NCBI GenBank assembly: GCA_947628165.1
Contig: CANQYV010000003.1
Location: 1-59,676, forward strand
DNA length: 59,676 nucleotides
Origin: an uncultured Clostridia bacterium
GTDB taxonomy: Bacteria; Bacillota; Clostridia; Oscillospirales; CAG-272
Reading direction: 5' to 3'
Shown: piece by piece, positions 56,979 to 59,676 of the stretch
Layout of the letters: each line of letters opens with the position of its first letter
Position numbering within the stretch: the first letter of the stretch is position 1
Program-made: the position numbers and the translations under genes
Notes under the pieces: generated by a model
What the model was told of the DNA's origin: nothing
Database searches by the model: none
What the model saw: the letters and a program-made list of their open reading frames with translations, nothing else

Positions 56979-57761
56979 TCAGTCTCTGAACTGTATGTAC
57001 CTTGCCTTGAGATTGGCGTGGCTTATCCTCATGCTGTCGAAAAGATCTATGTAGACGTCGTCCTGCTCTATCATGTGCCAGAGCACGCCGCCGTCCTCGC
57101 TCGCACGGATTATCGCGTCGAAATTGAGATTCCCCGTGAGGCACTCGGTCATGACGAGCTTGTCGTCGCGAACCGTCATGTCCTTTAAGTGCGTGCAGAA
57201 TATCCTGTCGCTGTGGCGGCGGATGAATTCGGCGGGGTCAACGCCCGCGACGTGCGACCAGTATGTGTCAAACGTCAGAAGGACGCCCTCGGGGTCCGTC
57301 ATCGAAAGTATAAGGTCAAGGCCCGTTTTGTCGCCGTAGTGCTCAAACTCGAAGCGGTGATTGTGATAGAGGAACACCTTTCCCGCGTCTTTTATCTTCT
57401 TTACCGCCTCCGCGATGTCGAGCGCGAAGCGCGCGTAGCCGTCCGCCGTGTGCGGGTACATATTCGCAACGCCCCCGATGCCGATGGCGTCGCACCCGAA
57501 GACCGAATGCTCCGCAATTACAGCGTCCGTATCCTCTATTATCCTCTGAAGGCTCGTGTGCGTGAGCACGCACTTCACGCCGTACCCGTCGACGGCGCGC
57601 CTGATGACGTCGGGCGTGACGTCCGCGCCGACGCCCGATACCTGCATGTAGCGGTATCCCATCTCCGACAGCGCCTTCACCGTTGAAAGAAATTCGTCCT
57701 TTGTCCTTGTCTTTGCGCGCATCGTGTAGAGCTGCGCGCCGAGATACAGCTTTCTCGGCAT
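56979..57761 (-). CDS. Sugar phosphate isomerase/epimerase (AP2-like TIM barrel)
   Basis: GAQLYTMR, YHNHRFEF, FDTYW, HLKD, IEQD. Confidence 0.85.
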   Translation of the reverse strand: MPRKLYLGAQLYTMRAKTRTKDEFLSTVKALSEMGYRYMQVSGVGADVTPDVIRRAVDGYGVKCVLTHTSLQRIIEDTDAVIAEHSVFGCDAIGIGGVANMYPHTADGYARFALDIAEAVKKIKDAGKVFLYHNHRFEFEHYGDKTGLDLILSMTDPEGVLLTFDTYWSHVAGVDPAEFIRRHSDRIFCTHLKDMTVRDDKLVMTECLTGNLNFDAIIRASEDGGVLWHMIEQDDVYIDLFDSMRISHANLKARYIQFRD

Positions 57762-57790
57762 ATATATCCCCTCCGAAAAATAATGTGATC

Positions 57791-59676
57791 TTATTTGAGC
57801 TCAACGACCGTTATGCCGGAGTCTCCCTCGCCGTAAGCGCCGAGCCTGTATGACGACACGCGCTTGTCGGAGCCGAGGAATCCGTGCAGAGCCGAGCGCA
57901 GAGCGCCCGTTCCCTTCCCGTGAATGATGCGGACGGATCGTATGCCCGCGACTTCTGCCTCATCTATATATTTGTCGACGGCGAACAGCCCGTCGTCTGT
58001 CGTATAACCCCTTATATCGAGCTCAGGCGAAAACGTGCCCGACGTCCTGACGCGCACGGTCGACGCCGCCTCGCGCCTGCCCTCGAGCGTCACGGTGTCC
58101 TCATCGGGAGCGAAGCGCAGCTTTGACGTTTTCGTCCTTGTCGTGATGCCGTTTGCGCGCACGGTAACGTTCCCCGATTTGTCGGGTCCGTCCGTTATCG
58201 TGCCCTTTATGCCCGTTCCGGCTATTATGACGTAGTCTCCCTGCCTGTACTCCCTCGGCGGCTCGTAGACCTCCTCTTCGGGCTCGCCGTCCCGCAGCGA
58301 CGCCTCCTCGCCTCTCAGCCTGTCTCTTATCGCCCGCTTCGCGTCAGACATGGCGCGCCCGAGATTTTCGCTGTCCCGTTCCTTTTTTGCGCGTTCGAGC
58401 TGACCCATGACGAACTCGCTCGACGCGCGCGCGCTCGCGAGTATCTCCTGCGCGCGCTTTTTGGCGCGCGCCGCCTCTTCTTCGGCGCCGGCGAGCCTTT
58501 CGCTGAGCTTCTGCTCGGCGCTTGACTTGAAGCGCTCGTATTCTGCCCTGAGCCTTGCTGCCTCCGCGCGCTCGCGCTCCATGCCAAGCCTTTCCGCTTC
58601 GAGCTTTTCGATAACGTCCTCAAAGCTCTTGTCCTGCCCGCTTATGAGTCTGCCCGCCCGCTCGACTATGTCGTCGGGAAGCCCGAGCCTTTTTGAAATG
58701 GCGAACGCGTTTGATTTTCCGGGAGCGCCTATTATGAGTTTATACGTCGGGCGCAGCGTCGAGATATCGAACTCGCACGCGGCGTTTTTGACGCCGGGCG
58801 TGTTGAGCGCATACGCCTTGAGCTCCGCGTAATGCGTCGTCGCGGCGCACAGCGCGCCCTTTGCCCTTATCTCCTCTATTATCGCCGTCGCGAGCGCCGC
58901 TCCCTCGACGGGGTCGGTGCCTGAGCAGAGCTCGTCGAGCAGAACGAGCGACTTTTTCCCGACGCGGGAGATTATCTCGATTATATTCGACATGCTCGAC
59001 GAGAAGGTCGAAAGCGACATCTCTATGCTCTGCTCGTCTCCTATATCCGCGAGTATCTCGTCAAATACGGCGACGGTCGAAAGCCCGCCCGCGGGGATGT
59101 GGAGCCCCGCCTGAGCCATGAGAGAGAGCAGTCCGAGCGTCTTCAACGCGACGGTCTTGCCCCCCGTGTTCGGTCCCGTTATTATGAGCGTGTCGAAGTC
59201 TCCGCCGACGCGCACGGTCACAGGGACGCAGGTCTTTTTGTCGAGCAGCGGGTGGCGCGCCTCGATGAGGGAGACCTCCCTCTGCCCGTCGGGGCAGAGC
59301 TTCGGCTCAACGCCTCCCATGCGGAAGGAGAGCTCGGCGCATGCAAAGATGAACGCAAGCTCCGTTATCGTGTCGTAATCCGTGAGCAGCGTCTCGCCGC
59401 AGGCGGCGACGTCCGCCGAAAGCTCGGAGAGGATCCTCTCTATCTCTCGCGCCTCGCGTCCCTCGAGGATGCGGAGCTCGTTGTTCGCCTCGACGACCGC
59501 GAGCGGCTCGACGAACACCGTCGCGCCGGAGGCGGACGTGTCGTGAATGAGACCGTTTATCTCGTTTTTGTATTCCGACTTGACGGGGATGACAAATCTC
59601 CCGCCGCGCTGTGTCACGATGTTTTCCTGGAGAATGCGGCTGTATGTCCCGCCTGTGATGTATTTCTGGAGTATGT
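57791..59676 (-). CDS. mutS2: MutS2 endonuclease (5' part outside the window)
   Basis: HDTSASGAT, TGPNTGGKT, DIGDEQSIE.SLSTFS, LLDEL..GTDP, C-terminal Smr (LDIRG, IIHGKGTG). Confidence 0.96.
   Translation of the reverse strand, partial: ILQKYITGGTYSRILQENIVTQRGGRFVIPVKSEYKNEINGLIHDTSASGATVFVEPLAVVEANNELRILEGREAREIERILSELSADVAACGETLLTDYDTITELAFIFACAELSFRMGGVEPKLCPDGQREVSLIEARHPLLDKKTCVPVTVRVGGDFDTLIITGPNTGGKTVALKTLGLLSLMAQAGLHIPAGGLSTVAVFDEILADIGDEQSIEMSLSTFSSSMSNIIEIISRVGKKSLVLLDELCSGTDPVEGAALATAIIEEIRAKGALCAATTHYAELKAYALNTPGVKNAACEFDISTLRPTYKLIIGAPGKSNAFAISKRLGLPDDIVERAGRLISGQDKSFEDVIEKLEAERLGMERERAEAARLRAEYERFKSSAEQKLSERLAGAEEEAARAKKRAQEILASARASSEFVMGQLERAKKERDSENLGRAMSDAKRAIRDRLRGEEASLRDGEPEEEVYEPPREYRQGDYVIIAGTGIKGTITDGPDKSGNVTVRANGITTRTKTSKLRFAPDEDTVTLEGRREAASTVRVRTSGTFSPELDIRGYTTDDGLFAVDKYIDEAEVAGIRSVRIIHGKGTGALRSALHGFLGSDKRVSSYRLGAYGEGDSGITVVELK

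Overview
A 59.7 kb, high-GC (about 60-65% in spot counts) chromosomal segment of a probably spore-forming Firmicute (Clostridia-like; yabP/yabQ, whiA, BofC-like and SpoVB-like genes). It is mostly core genes in long minus-strand runs: nusB-(TsaD paralog)-xseA-xseB-ispA-tlyA-nadK-argR-recN-tyrS-yjjG-murB-whiA-dnaE; cdaA-cdaR-recJ-rel-dtd-hemZ-kinase-murJ/spoVB-like-mazG-hup-yabO-yabP-yabQ-divIC; and mutS2-two TIM-barrel isomerases-rhaB-rhaA-GH43. On the plus strand lie a 2-oxoacid:ferredoxin oxidoreductase operon and ylxM-ffh-rpsP-khpA. I saw no rRNA, tRNA, CRISPR, transposase or integrase. Two accessory structures stand out. (1) A ~400 bp non-coding array at 49438-49830 upstream of two tandem LTA-synthase-family genes: four ATTATACCA and three GGCCGTCAA boxes (an extended -10 and a -35 on the minus strand) alternate with variable hairpins that nearly all close with GNA triloops on the plus strand. 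(2) A low-GC two-gene islet at about 23110-24400 (SMI1/KNR4 + GNAT) whose genes are each bounded by a related 16-bp site, an integron-like cassette layout with no recombinase in the window. Three genes carry apparent single-base lesions: a Gfo/Idh/MocA gene with no in-frame start, ylxM with ACG at the expected ATG, and a MATE gene with TGA at an expected Trp.
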